Shown here one piece after another: positions 37,477-50,580 of a stretch of 64,000 nucleotides of DNA. Numbering within the stretch: the first letter of the stretch is position 1; the number at the start of each line of letters is the position of its first letter. The translations under genes and the position numbers were made by a program. The notes below the pieces were generated by a model. The model was not told where the DNA came from and made no database searches. It was given only the letters and a program-made list of their open reading frames with translations. The DNA comes from Mobula hypostoma (lineage: Eukaryota): contig NC_086107.1 of NCBI RefSeq assembly GCF_963921235.1, forward strand, positions 114,144,001 to 114,208,000, read 5' to 3'.

Positions 37477-40329
37477 GTAAGAAGGGAAAACATGAAATAT
37501 GAGGGCTATTATTATTGTTAAATCTATTATTAAGGATGAGGTTTCGGGGTACTTGGCGGTAATGACAAAATCAGTCAAAGTCAGCATGGTTTCTGTGAAG
37601 GGAAATCTTTCCTGAAAAATCTCTTCGAGTTCTTCGAGGAAGTAACAAGCAGGGTGGACAAAGGAGAGATGGTGGATGTCATTGACTTGGATTTTCAGAA
37701 GGCCTTTTGACTAGGTGCCACACATGAGGCTGCTTAACAAGATATCATCCTGTGGCATTACAGGAAAGATACTGGCATGCATTGAGGAATGGCTGACAGG
37801 CAGGAGGCAGTGAGTGGGACTAAAAGGGGCCTTTTCTGTTTGACTGCCAGTGACTAGTGGTGTTCCTCAGGGATCAGTATTGGGAATGCTACTTTTCACA
37901 TTATTTGTCAATGGTTTAGGTAATGGAATTGATGGCTTTGTGGTCAAGTTTGTAGATGATATGAAGATAGGTGGAGGGGTAGGTAGTGCTGAGGAGCAAT
38001 GTAATTGCAGCAGGTCCTAGTCAATTTGGAAGAATGGGCAAAAAGGTGACAGATGGAATACAATGTTGGGAAATGTTGCGATAATGAATTTTGGTAAAAG
38101 GAACAACAGTGCAAACTATTATATAAAAGGGGAGAAGGTTCAAACATCAGAGGTACAGATGAACTTGGGAGTTCTCGTGCAAGACCCCCAGAAGGTTAAT
38201 TTACAGGTTGAGGCTCTGGTAAATAACGCAAATGGTATGTTGGCATTCATTTCAAGGGGAATAGAATATAAAAGCAAAGAGATAATGCTGGTCGCACTTC
38301 GAGTATTGTCAACAGTTTTGGGCCCCATATCTCAGAAGGAATGTGTTGTCATTGGAGACAGTCGAGAGGAGGTTCACGAGGACGATTCCAGGAATTAAGG
38401 GATTAACATATGAGGAGTGTTTGGCAACTTCGGGCCTGTACTCACTGGAATTTAGAAGAATGTGGGGGGATCTCATTGAAACCTACCAAATGTTGAAAGG
38501 ACTGGATAGGGTGGATGTGGAGAGGATGTTTCCTATGGTGGGGGGTATCCAGAACTAGAGAGCACGCAGCCTCAAAATTGAGGGGTGACCTTTTAGAACT
38601 GAGGCAAGGAGGAACTTTCTTAGCCAGAGAGTAGTGAACTTGTGGAATACTCTGCCACAGACTGCAGTGGAGGCCACATCTACGGGTGAAATTGATGGTT
38701 TCCTGGTCGGTCAGGGTATCAAAGGATAGGGCGAGAAGGCAGGTGTTATGGGATGGAGTGGGATCCGGGATCAGCCATGATGGAATGGTGGAGTGAAGTC
38801 AATGGGTGAAATGGCCTAAATCTGCTCCTGTGTCTTATGGTCTTGGGATAGGTTCAAGAGGGATGTGAGGGGTAAGTTTTTACTCAGAGAGTGGTGGATG
38901 CCTGGAATGTGCTGCCTGGTATGGTGGTAGAGGCAAATACATTAGAGGCTTTTAAGAGACGTTTAGAGAGGCACATGGATGTGAGGAAAACTGGTGGATA
39001 TGGATAGTGTAGGTAGGAGGGATTCATTTTGGGGTTTGTTTCAAATTACCTTTTAGCTGGTTCAGCACAAATGCGGGCTGAATGGCCTGTTCCTGTGCTG
39101 TAGTGTTCTATGTTCCATGCTCTATGTTTAATCAGAGAGACAGAAAGAGCTGGAGAGAGATGCAGCCAGAAAGAGTGAGACAATGAGAGAGGGAAAGAGA
39201 GAGACATGAAGAGGGAGATGAAGAGAAAGAAAGAAAGAAAGACAGAGAGCGAGACTGAACGGGAGAGAGAAACAGAAAGGGAGAGTCAGAGAGAGGGACA
39301 GAAAGAAAGAGGAAGGGACAGAAAGAGACCTCACCTGTAACTAATGATTTTTTTAAAAACCTCTTCCAAGTCCCCCGTAATTTCTGCACTTGCCTCCCGC
39401 ACAGTCCGAGGGAACATCTGGCCAGGCCCTGGGGTTTTATCCACCCTCATTTGCCTCAAGACAACAAGCTCCTCCTCCTCTGTATTCTGTATGTGGTCCA
39501 TGACCCCACTAGTGTTTTGGCTCAGTTCTATAAACTCTGCATCCACCTCTTGAGTAAATACAGATGCAAAAATCCATTTAAAATCTCCCCTCTGTCTTTA
39601 TTTTGTCCTTCCATGTTGTGGTTCCATCTGTTTCTCTCTCTGGTCATTGGGCAGCCGGAGTTGGGCAATCAGTTAGAACAACATTTGTGTCAGGGTGGAT
39701 GGGAAATTGGTTGACGGTTGAGAGAGAGAGAAAGAAAGGAGACACTAGAGAATGTAGGTCAAAAACTAAATAACGGAGGAGCTGTGAGAGGGAGGGAGAG
39801 ACGCGATAAGACCGGTTCTACACAGGTGTTACACAGTCCAAACGTGGAAACATCTCAATGGATGGGCAAGTGAGTGTAGTTATCCCCCTTTGTTCAAGAG
39901 CCTGATGGTTGAGGGGAAAAGAGCATGGCCTGGGTGGTGAGAATCTATGATGATGGATGCTGCTTTTCTACGGCACTATCCTTTGAGATAGTGACACCCA
40001 GGAATTTAAACTTACTGACCCTCTCCACACCTAAACCTCCGATGATTTCTGGCTCACGGACCATTGGTTTCCCTCTCCTGAAGTCTACAGTCAGTTCCTT
40101 GGTCTTATTGACATTGCGTGAGAGGTTGTTGTTTCAACACCTGAAGGCACACACTCAGCGATTCACGAACAACTTCTTCCCCTCTACCATCAGACTTCTG
40201 AATGGACATTGAACCCATGAAAACTATCTCACTGTTTTAAAAATTATTTCTGTTTTTGCACTATTTTCAATTTAACTATTTAATATACGTATAAATATGA
40301 ATAAACTTGAAGAATAAAACTAAAATAAA

Positions 40330-40575
40330 AATAAAACCAATGACGAAGACAAAACAAAGGTCTGGCTCTGCGTAAGAACTGGAATTTGATTGTAAAGAAG
40401 GTGAGAGAGCGGAAACCTGATTGGATGAGGACTAACCAATCGGGAGGGACAGACGAGGGGGTATAAATACCATCCGACTAGACATGCCCAGGCATCATCC
40501 CTGATGAAGATGGCAGAGTTTGTCATTGAAATGTTGGTTACAGTCGATACCTGGACCCAGCTGGAAACCCAACAA
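40330..40575 (+). mobile_element. Penelope-like element 3' end / pseudo-LTR with hammerhead-like core at 40501-40540
   Basis: CTGATGA-A-GATGGCAG-AGT-TTGTCATT-GAAA-TGTTGGTTA. Confidence 0.65.
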
Positions 40576-41157
40576 CAGTTTATTCATAATATATGCCAGA
40601 AAAACATTTTTTGCATACCTACTGTAATTGATTGACTTATTTATTTTTTTCTCTATTTTATCATGTATTGTGTTGTACTGCTGTCGCTAAGTTAACAAAT
40701 TTCACTACATATGCCGGTGATATTAAACCTGATTTTGATTGTGAGAGGCGAATGTATTGATAGATTTAGTGACACAAAAGGGAGGTGGGGAGACCATGGG
40801 TATCCATGAGGCAGACAATCAGCCATGATTGTATGAATTGTTGGAGCAGAACTGAAAGGGCTGACAGTCTGCTTCCCTGTCTATTTCTGCATATTTGTAT
40901 GTTCTCAATGTAAATGATAAACCTTTGGTTCTCACTTGAAGCACTTACAATAACACAGTTTAATTTGGTTCTTACATCAGGTAAATTTGATCAACGTCAC
41001 CGGCCAGTTTCAACGTCACCCTTCTGGCAATAATTTGACATCCTGACTGATGTATCCTTTATGCATTGAGCCTTTCCCAGTGCCCAGGCTCGCAATAAAA
41101 CAGAAGTGAAAGGGACACAGAGAAAGACAAAAAAAAATTATTATCCCTCAGTATTAA

Positions 41158-41458
41158 GTTACTTAGTTCCTTAGTTAGAGCCTTCAGCATTTTGGGCATC
41201 GAGGGAGAGAGGAAGAGGAGAGCCATCCGCAGTACCACCGATGCGGTAGAGAGGGCCTCAAGATGGCTGTGGCTCAAAAGAGGGGAGCCATGGAGTCATA
41301 AGTAGCTAGCCATCTGGACACAAGCTGGGGTCTGATCAGCCCCGGCTGGGTCACCTGGAGGAGGCTGTATGATGTTGAAAGACCCGAAACACCCGATGAT
41401 TCCAGGAACATCACTAAAGATGTGACCAGAAGCATCAACAGATGTATGTACACAGCTA
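41158..41458 (+). mobile_element. HERO-like 5'-truncated insertion, right arm only
   Basis: LVRAFSILGIEGERKRRAIRSTTDAVERASRWLWLKRGEPW plus 3' UTR; empty site GTATTAA|TCAACAAG at ~21488 in the left arm. Confidence 0.75.
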
Positions 41459-43758
41459 TCAACAAGCTTTAAAACCAGGGCCTGTGTACCTTGTAACGTA
41501 GAAGATCAAGAGTAATTTTGATAGAGGTATACAAAATTATGAGGGGTATAGATAGGGTAAATGCAAGCAGGCTTTTTCCACTGAGGTTGGGTGGGACTAT
41601 AACCAGAGGTAATAGGTTAAGGGTGTAAGGTGACATATTCAAGAGCAACAAGAGGGGAAACATCTTCACTCAGGGGGTCATGAGAGTGTGGAATGAGCTG
41701 CCAGCTGAAATGGTGGATGTGAGCTCGATTTCAATGCTTAAGAGAGGTTTGGATACGTACATGGATGGTAGGGGTGCGGAGGGCGATGGTCCCGGTGCAG
41801 GTTGATGGACGAAGGCAGTTTAAATGATTTCAGCATTGACAAGATGGGCCAAAGGGCCTGTTTCTGAGCTATACTTTTCTGAGACTCTATGCCTCTAATT
41901 TATTCTGTACTCAGGACTTAGTCTGTTACTTAATTAATTCGCTCTGTAGCCACCATTCTATTCTCAAAATGTAGTTTTACTGGAATGTAAAATCCATACC
42001 AAATTCATGCTCAGTGGATGAGCTTTGACTGGTCTCCTGGTGCACAGCAGTTTTTTTGATAAATCACCCGTTATCTCAAACACCAAGTCTGTGTGGCCTT
42101 TCAGTTTGGTTGTACAGGTGGTGACAGGAATGTCAGGCCTGTATAGGAATTGGTTATGACCCAGTTGGCTGATGTGATCTGTTTGTGACTGGGGAGAGGG
42201 GAGAGTGGGGGGTGGGCAACCAGGGAAGGGGGAAAGTGATGGACAGGTAACCAGGGACGGGGGAGTGTGAGGGGGCAGGTGACAGTTGGGGTGAGGGGGT
42301 GAGTGATGAGGGGAGAGTGAGGGGCAGACGACGAGGGTGAGTGGGGGTGGGGAGAATGAGGGGTGGGCGACAGGGGAGGGAAAAAATGAGCGTGCAACTG
42401 GAGCGAGAGAGAGGGAGAGAGTGAAAAGGAGGAATGAAAAGGTGAAGAGCAGGAATGGTGTGTGTAAAGTGACCGTCTCCCATCAGGGAGGGATTCTCTC
42501 TACCATCACAGATCGCTTTTAAAGAGTAAATCTCTCCCACTCACAGACCCGTGGTAAAGACGGTGTCTCTCCCCGACGGTCTCTGTGGTGTGTGTTGTGG
42601 TGCTGATCTCTGTCCCTGCAGATTCCTGCTTCTCCAATCTCCCATGTTCCTCCCATCAAACCGCACTGGGGACAATACCCTTCCTCCCCCTCCCCCTCTC
42701 CCCCCTCCCTGTCCCACGTTCCTGTCCTCACCACCCCGGAACGCCACATCCCAGATCACCACGGTAACCATTCACACCCAAAAGCTAAATGATGCTCAGT
42801 GATGTTTATTGCAAAAACACAAGTGGTACAAAGAAGGCAAGAGGCAATCAAACAATCTCTTCTGTCTCCAAAGCAGCTCTTTGCAAAGCTTCTCGTGCAC
42901 AGGGAGGCGTACGATGTTCCTGTGATGATGCTCGTGCTCCGACACAATCCACCCGTCCTGGGACACAGGTCAGCCGGAGACTCTCCAGTTGGTCCCTGTC
43001 AGCAACCGGATTGTGGGAAATGGAGCCTATGAGTCACCTCCCGCACGGGCCAAGTGGATCTGTAAATGACGTTACGCTCAAGCCGTTAAGCTGCCTGCAG
43101 TTTGGCAAGCTGGTTGGGCACCTTCTCTCCAACACAGGTCTTTGTTCGGGCGAGGGGGGTTTCCACTGGGGTGATACAGTAGCGATATGACAAATACAGA
43201 GTGGTTGGTTCCTCAATGGCCTTCCCACCCTGTACCCTTCCCCAGCCCCCAAACACCAGTGACTGAAAGCTTGGTGCAGTCAGGCAAGCCGGGACTCCCA
43301 TTCCCACTGGGAATTCCTAGTGCCCAGAGAATCCGAGGGATTGGGAAAGTGTCAGTGTTATGTGGGGTCTCTCACTGAGAGGCTGAGCCTGGGACTGGTG
43401 GGAGTGTGGGATATTGTGACCTGGACTATTAAGGGTGATAGTGCAAAGGTCGGGAGATTGGACTGAAGACAAGGTGACCTTGGCAACAGAGGATCATGGG
43501 AATGGATGTGAGGAAGGAGTCCTGGAGAGAATTGTTCCTTGGGCCAGAGTGGGTGAGAGGGGAAAGGTCAGGGCAATGGGACTGATGAGACACAGAGGAT
43601 GATGGGTACAGGGTCATGGAGAATGGGGGGAAAATATCTGGGCAATGGGAATGATGAACAGGGGGAGAGGGAAAGAGGGGAGGGGTGGTATGATAGCAGG
43701 ACTGGGGGGATGGAAAGCAGCGTTGGGCCTGGGAGTGAGGTTGGTGAGAGGTCAAGGG

Positions 43759-45474
43759 TTAGGGGTAGATAACTTTGAGGAGGGCATTCCCTGAAGGAAG
43801 GGCGGTGGGGGAGTCAGACGAGTGGGAGGAGTGGTTGGTCCTCAGGAGCCCGGTGAACCCACGGGCTCCTGGACTCGGGGCATACTGGCGGCAATGGCGA
43901 CCCTGCAAGTGGAGGCCACAGGTGAACGACAATTGGTAGGTGACCCTGCCATACTTAAGGTGGCAGGTAAGATCAGTGACACCAGAGATCAGAGGCACCT
44001 GGCAGGTCCCCAGTTTGCTATTTCAAAAGGTACCTTCATCATAGACATCCAGGGTGAGTTTCACGGTGCTCTGAGCAACCACCACCCCCAGGTCCAGTTT
44101 GGTGTTCCATTCAGGGTTGTTGTTGTTGTTTATCACCCTGGTCCGACCTTTGGCCTTACCATAAGAGACCACCACAAAACCGTCAGTGCGGGAAAAATAT
44201 TCGCTCCAGAGACCGAAGCCTCTCTTGACAGTGACAACCAGGTGCCCCATGCCCTTCTGCTTGGCGCAGCAGTGGTGGTTCACCCAGAAACTCTCCTGAC
44301 ATTGGCAGGAACGGGGATCGGATCTGCTTCTGCTCCCAGGAGTGGGGCAGGTGGTTTTGGAGCAGTCCCGTTTCATGGCGTTGGCCAAAATGTACTCGCT
44401 GAGGTAGAGCCTCAGCTGTTCCCGGCGGTGGTCAGTGCTAGCTAGCAGGAGATGGAGAGGGGCCAGCTGGTATTTTATGATACCTGGTGAGACCTCAAGG
44501 CTCTTCAGCCATCGGGTGAAGCTGGCAGGGTCAGAGGAAAAGGGGATGTCTGTGTCACCACTGGAATGTCCTCCCACGGCTTCTGTCAGCCTCTCGTTGA
44601 AGACCTGGTGGAAGCTTTCAGCCTGGTTGAGGGAAGAAGCCTTTTTCTTACAGAAACCTGTGCCCGCTCTGCCCTTGCTTACCACCACCACCTGATAACT
44701 GGCCTCTATCCCCAGGCAGTCCTTCACCTGCTCAGGGGTGATGCCCTCCACAGCAGCTTGGCAGGTGTGAATGGCTGTCACATCCTGGAAGGAGCCGCCC
44801 ATATCGACCGAGTGAATGAAGTGAGTTCCAAAAGTCTGCACTAGTTGGCGGTAGTGGTGCCGGGCTCCCTCGTAGGAGGTGTTGGTGATCTGGTTCAGAC
44901 GGGCAGAGAACTGGGGTGCCAAGGGGGGTTGGTCCTTCAGGCGGTAGCGGTAAAGACGACAACGGAACTCCTGTTTAGCGAAGCTGTAGCGGTCTGATTT
45001 GGCCTTCTGCGTGGCAAAATTAATGAGCTTGGATTTGGAACCGATTGACTGCGAGTGCTGGGTGGGTAGATTTAGGCCAGTGCTCCAGCTGTTGTCCACA
45101 CTGGAGCCGATTGACTTTATGAGCTCAGAGAGCGAGTGGAAGAGCTGACTGGAAACAGCCCGGGGACAATTACGCAGAGGCCGCCAGTCTATTGCGGCCG
45201 GGGGAGCCGCTGCCGCCTACGCCCCATCAGTGAGTTCCTGCAGAGGGTGCAGGCCCCATCCCGACGACTCCAACTCTCCACGTTCACCACGTACGCCCCC
45301 TTGCGTGACAGTGTCACCACATCGAAACCCTCTCCAGCCAGACTGGACCCTGGTACTGGGGGCGCACCTTGGCATTCGCTGGCACTGCCCGTCTCACAGA
45401 TGGCTCCCACCCCCCCCCAGGAACAGCAGCGCCCAGAGCAAAATCCCCACTCTCTCTCCCATCCTGGGATCCAT
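43759..45474 (-). pseudogene. prf1: Perforin-1-like pseudogene, mirror of 16262-17977
   Basis: ORF pieces 45189..45410, 44023..45099 and 43759..43998; G9 instead of G8 at 45410-45418, 1-bp deletion near 45200, TGG>TGA stop at 44023-44025. Confidence 0.92.
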
Positions 45475-46346
45475 CACAGCATGGACAGGGCTCTCCTCGG
45501 CCAGTGAAGGGTGGTCGGTCTGTAATGAGAATAGAAAATGATGTTACACATGATTTACGCCCTACGTCCACACCCAACCCTTCGCAGAGCATCCTTCTGT
45601 TGGACATGAATGCATTAGACATGACGACAGCTAACTCGAATGTGTCAAAGAAATTGGAAGTAGACAAAGCAAGTGTCTTTGACTTTGCTGTGTGACATTT
45701 GGATAAGTATGTGGTGGGTAGGAAAGGCTGAGAGGGATATGGACCAAATGGAGGGTAATGTCACCGTGGACAAAACCACCAGCAGGCTGAACAGGTAATT
45801 TCCCAGCACACGTTCTGGAGTGCGAAGAGCACGGTAAGACAGCTCGATCACCCTGGTCACCCATTGCATCCCGACCCATCTCCAGTCACCTTGACTCTCG
45901 TCTCGTCACTGGATCCAGATCGACGAGGGCGAGAGAGTGAGGCTGACGACCTGCGCATCTCTCCCTCACTTCACAAACTGACGTGCAAGTCAGTGTTTCT
46001 CATCGCTCGCGATGGACACGCACACTACAGACAACTTTGGCCAAAGGACCTGTTTCTGTGCTGATTCATTCAGTGACTTTATTAACAAAAGCAGCAGACC
46101 AGATCCTGACCCAGCTGAACTCCACCGCCCATCGCCCTCCAGTCCGAACTTCGACCTTCTACCACCGCTCTCTGTTTCCCATTACTAAACCACTTTCCCC
46201 TGCACGCTGCCACAGAATCTTTCATTCCATGAACTGCAAATAAGTCTGTTTTCAAGTGATGTAAACGAATACTTCATTAATACTTGATGTATTATATGAA
46301 CAAGGTTTGTGTTTTTTTCCTTTTCTCTTGTGCATTGGGTGTAATA

Positions 46347-49300
46347 ACCATATAAACATATAACAATTACAGCACAGAAACAGGCCATCTCAGCCCATCT
46401 AGTCCGTGCTGAACTCTTAATCTCACCTAGTCCCACCGACCTGCACTCAGCCCATAACCCTCCATTCCTTTCCTGTCCATATATCTATCCAATTTAACTT
46501 CAAATGACAACATCGAACCTGCCTCAACCACTTCTGCTGGAAGCTCGTTCCACACAGCTACCACTCTCTGAGTAAAGAAGTTCCCCCTCATGTTACCCCT
46601 AAACTTTTGCCCTTTAACTCTCAACTCATGTCCTCTTGTTTGAATCTCCCCCACTCTCAATGGAAAAAGCCCATCCACGTCAACTCTATCTATCCCCCTC
46701 ATAATTTTAAACACCTCTATCAAGTCCCCCCTCAACCTTCTGCGCTCCAAAGAATAAAAACCCAACTTGTTCAACCTTTCTCTGTAACTTAGGAGATGAA
46801 ATCCAGATAACATTCTAGTAAATCTTCTCTGTACTCCTTCAATTTTGTTGACATCCTTCCTATAATTCAGTGACCAGAACTGTACACAATACTCCAAATT
46901 TGGCCTTACCAATGCCTTGTTCAATTTCAACATTACATCCCAACTCTGATACTCAATGCTCTGATTTATAAAGGCCAGCATACCAAAAGCTTTCTTCACC
47001 ATCCTATCCAGATAAGATTCCACCTTCAGGGAACTATGCACCATGATTCCTAGATCCCTCTGTTCTATTGCATTCTTCAATGCCCTACCATTTACCGTGT
47101 ATGTCCTATTTTGATTAGTCCTACCAAAATGTAGCACCTCACATTTATCAGCATTAAACTCCATCTGCCATCTTTCAGCCCACTCTTCTAACTGGCCTAA
47201 ATCTCTCTGCAAGCTTTGAAAACCTACATTATTGTCCACAACACACATCAAAGTTGCTGGTGAACGCAGCAGGCCAGGCAGCATCTATAGGAAGAGGCGC
47301 AGTCGATGTTTCAGGCCGAGACCCTTCGTCAGGACTGACGAAGGGTCTCGGCCTGAAACGTCGACTGCGCCTCTTCCTATAGATGCTGCTTGGCCTGCTG
47401 CGTTCACCAGCAACTTTGATGTGTGTTGCTTGAATTTCCAGCATCTGCAGAATTCCTGTTGTTTATTGTCCACAACTCCACCGGTCTTAGTATCATCTGC
47501 ATACTTACTCCGCCAATTTACCACCCCATCATCCAGATCAATAATATATATGACAAACAACATTGGACCAGTACAGATCCCTGAGGCACACCACTAGTCA
47601 CCGGCTTCCAATCGGACGAACAGTTATCCACCACTGCTCTCTGGCGTCTCCCATCCAGCCACTGCTGAATCCATTTTACTACTTCAATATTAATACCTAA
47701 CGATTGAACCTTCCTAACTAACCTTCCGTGTGGAACCTTGTCAAAGGCCTTATTGAAGTCCATATAGACAACATCCACTGCTTTACCCTTGTCACCTTTC
47801 CTAGTAACCTCTTCAAAAAATTCAATAAGATTTGTCAAACATGACCTTCCCCGCACAAATCCATGTTGACTGTTCCTAATCAGACCCTGTCTATCCAGAT
47901 AATTATATATACCATCTCTAAGAATACTTTCCATCAATTTACCCACCACTGACGTCAAACTCACAGGCCGATAATTGCTAGGTTTACTCTTAGAACCCTT
48001 TTTAAACAATGGAACAACATGAGCAATACACCAATCTTCCGGCACCATCCCCGTTTCTAATAACATCTGAAATATTTCTGTCAGAGCCCCTGCTATTTCC
48101 CCACTAACTTCCCTCAAGGTCCAAGGGAATATCCTGACAGGACCCGGAGACTTATCCACTTTTGTGTTCCTTAAAAGTGCCAGTACTTCCTCTTCTTTAA
48201 TTATCATAGTTTCCATAACTACCCTACTTGTTTCCCTTAACTTATACAATTCAATATCCTTCTCCTTAGTGAATACCGAAGAAAAGAAATTGTTCAAAAT
48301 CTCCCCCATCTCTTTTGGCTCTACACATAGCCATCCACTCTGATTCTCTAAGGGACCAATTTTATCCCTCACTATCCTTTTCCTATTAGTATAACTAGAA
48401 ACCCTTGGGATTTATTTTCACCTTACTTCCCAAAGCAACCTCATATTTTCTTTTAGCTTTTCTAATTCCTTTCTTAAGATTCTTTTCACATTCTTTATAT
48501 TCTCGAGCACCTCATTTACTCCAAGCTGCCTATATTTATTGTAGATCTCTCTCTTTTTCTGAACCAAGTTTCCAATATCCCTTGAAAACCATGGCTCTCT
48601 CAAGCTTTTAACCTTTCCTTTCAACCTAACAGGAACATAAAGATTCTGTACCCTCAAAATTTCACCTTTAAATGACCTCCATTTCTCTATTACATCCTTC
48701 CCATAAAACAAATTGTCCCAATCCACTCCTTCTAAATCCTTTTGCATCTTCTCAAAGTTAGCCTTTCTCCAATCAAAAATTTCAACCCTGGATCGAGACC
48801 TATCCTTCTCCATAATTATATTGAAACTAATGGCATTGTGATCACTGGACCCGAAGTGCTCCCTAACACATACCTCCGTCACCTGCCCTATCTCATTCCC
48901 TAACAGGAGATCCAACACCCCTTCTCCAGTTGGTACCTCTGTGTATTGCTGCAAAAAAACTATCCTGCACACATTTTACAAACTCCAAACCATCCAACCT
49001 TTTACAGAATGGGTTTCCCAGTCCATGTGTGGAAATCAATCTCCCACAATCACAACCTTGTGCTTACTACAAATATCTGCTATCTCCTTACAAATTTGCT
49101 CCTCCAAATCTCGCTCCCCATTAGGTGGTCTATAATACACCCCTATAAGTGTTACTACATCTTTCCTATTCCTCAATTCCACCCAAATAGCCTCCCTTGA
49201 CGAGCCCTCTAATCTATCCTGCCAAAGCACCGATGTAATATTTTCTCTGACAAGCAATGCAACACCTCCCCCTCTTGCCCCTCCGATTCTATCACACCAG

Positions 49301-49665
49301 AAGCAACGAAATCCAGGAATATTTAGTTGCCAATCACACCCCTCCTGCAACCATGTTTCACTAATAGCTGCAACATCATATTTCCAGGTATCAATCCATG
49401 CTCTAAGCTCATCCACCTTTCTTACAATGCTCCCAGCATTAAAATAGATACATGTAAGAAACTCTCCACCTCTTACTCTCTGTTTATCCCTAATGGTGCA
49501 AACAACTTTGTTATCTTTTTCTTCCTTCTCCCCTACATCTTCGGTCTGAGTGCTCCCTTTCTCTGGCCCCTGCCTATCCTCCCTCACACACTGTCTACTA
49601 GCGTTCTCTATTTGTGAGCTAACCTCCTCTCTGCTAGTCTCTTCAATTTGATTCCCACCCCACTG
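46347..49665 (-). mobile_element. CR1 LINE covering nearly all of ORF2 (frameshifted), in the pseudogene intron, right arm only
   Basis: ORFs 49036..49689 (endonuclease), 48418..48972, 47518..48372 and 46427..47284 (RT); repeat tail near 46347-46368. Confidence 0.92.
47243..47462. mobile_element. Penelope-type fold-back insertion (94-bp hairpin) with 14-bp TSD, nested in CR1
   Basis: TTATTGTCCACAAC at 47229-47242 and 47463-47476; hairpin arms 47239-47332 and 47335-47428. Confidence 0.88.
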
Positions 49666-49789
49666 GTCTTTTAATTTTTTTTTCTTCACTTGGGTTCTTT
49701 CTTGTTTCTTGCTTCATGGCTGCCTGTGAGTAAATAAATCTCCAGTTGTGTAATTTATACTTTCTTTGATAATAATTGAACTTGGATCT

Positions 49790-50580
49790 TTGAATTTTCT
49801 TGTCAGTGTTTACTATGGGGATGCTCATGGGAGGCAGTGAGTTCAGGGAAGAGAACAATGATGAAAGGTTATTGATACTACAAAGGGAGGGGGAGATGTT
49901 GGGGGTCTTGAGACATATAAAGGTGAACCAATCCCCAGGACTGGACCAAGTGCATCCTAAGACACTGTGGGAAGCAATTGAAGAAATTACCGGCACTCTG
50001 CAGAGACTTTTTGTATTTTGCTTCGTCCCAGTTGAGGAAAGGACAGACTGAAAGGGGCTAATGTTGTGATTTTATTTTAGCAGGTCCGCCTGGCATCAGG
50101 GGCTGGAAATTTACTGGAGGGGGTTGAGAGACAGGAGCCTACCTGCATTTGGAAAGGGAAGGACTGATTTGGGAAAGTCGGCATGGCTTTGTACAGGGGG
50201 AATTGTGTCTCATCAGTTAGTCTGAGTGTTTAAAAGAGATGCCCAAGAGACCTGATGAGGGCAGGGTGGTGTAGCGTCAATGTGGATTTTAGTTTGGCTT
50301 TTGACAAGGTCCTGCACAGTTGTATGGTTGGGAAGGTGGGATCACGTGGGAAACAGGGTGAGCGAGCTACTTGGATCTAAAATCAGAGGTGGAAGAAGTC
50401 AGAGGTCTGTGGTCAGTGGTGTGCTCCAGGGGTCAGTGTTGTTTGTCATTTGTACAATCAACTTGGATGAGAATAGAGGTGCATGATCAATAAATTAGTA
50501 GGTGACACAAAAATTAGTGGTGTGGTGGGCAGTAAAGGAGGTTAGTGTAAGATTATAACAGGATCCAGATGGATCAAAGA
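49790..50580 (+). mobile_element. Old degraded CR1 RT fragment
   Basis: ORFs 49800..50051 (IKVNQSPGLDQVHPKTLWE) and 50280..50486 (SGVLQGSVLF). Confidence 0.75.

Noticed and set aside
42185..42430. G-rich tract as a functional G-quadruplex or terminator
   Set aside because: Low-complexity, present in one arm only, no supporting evidence
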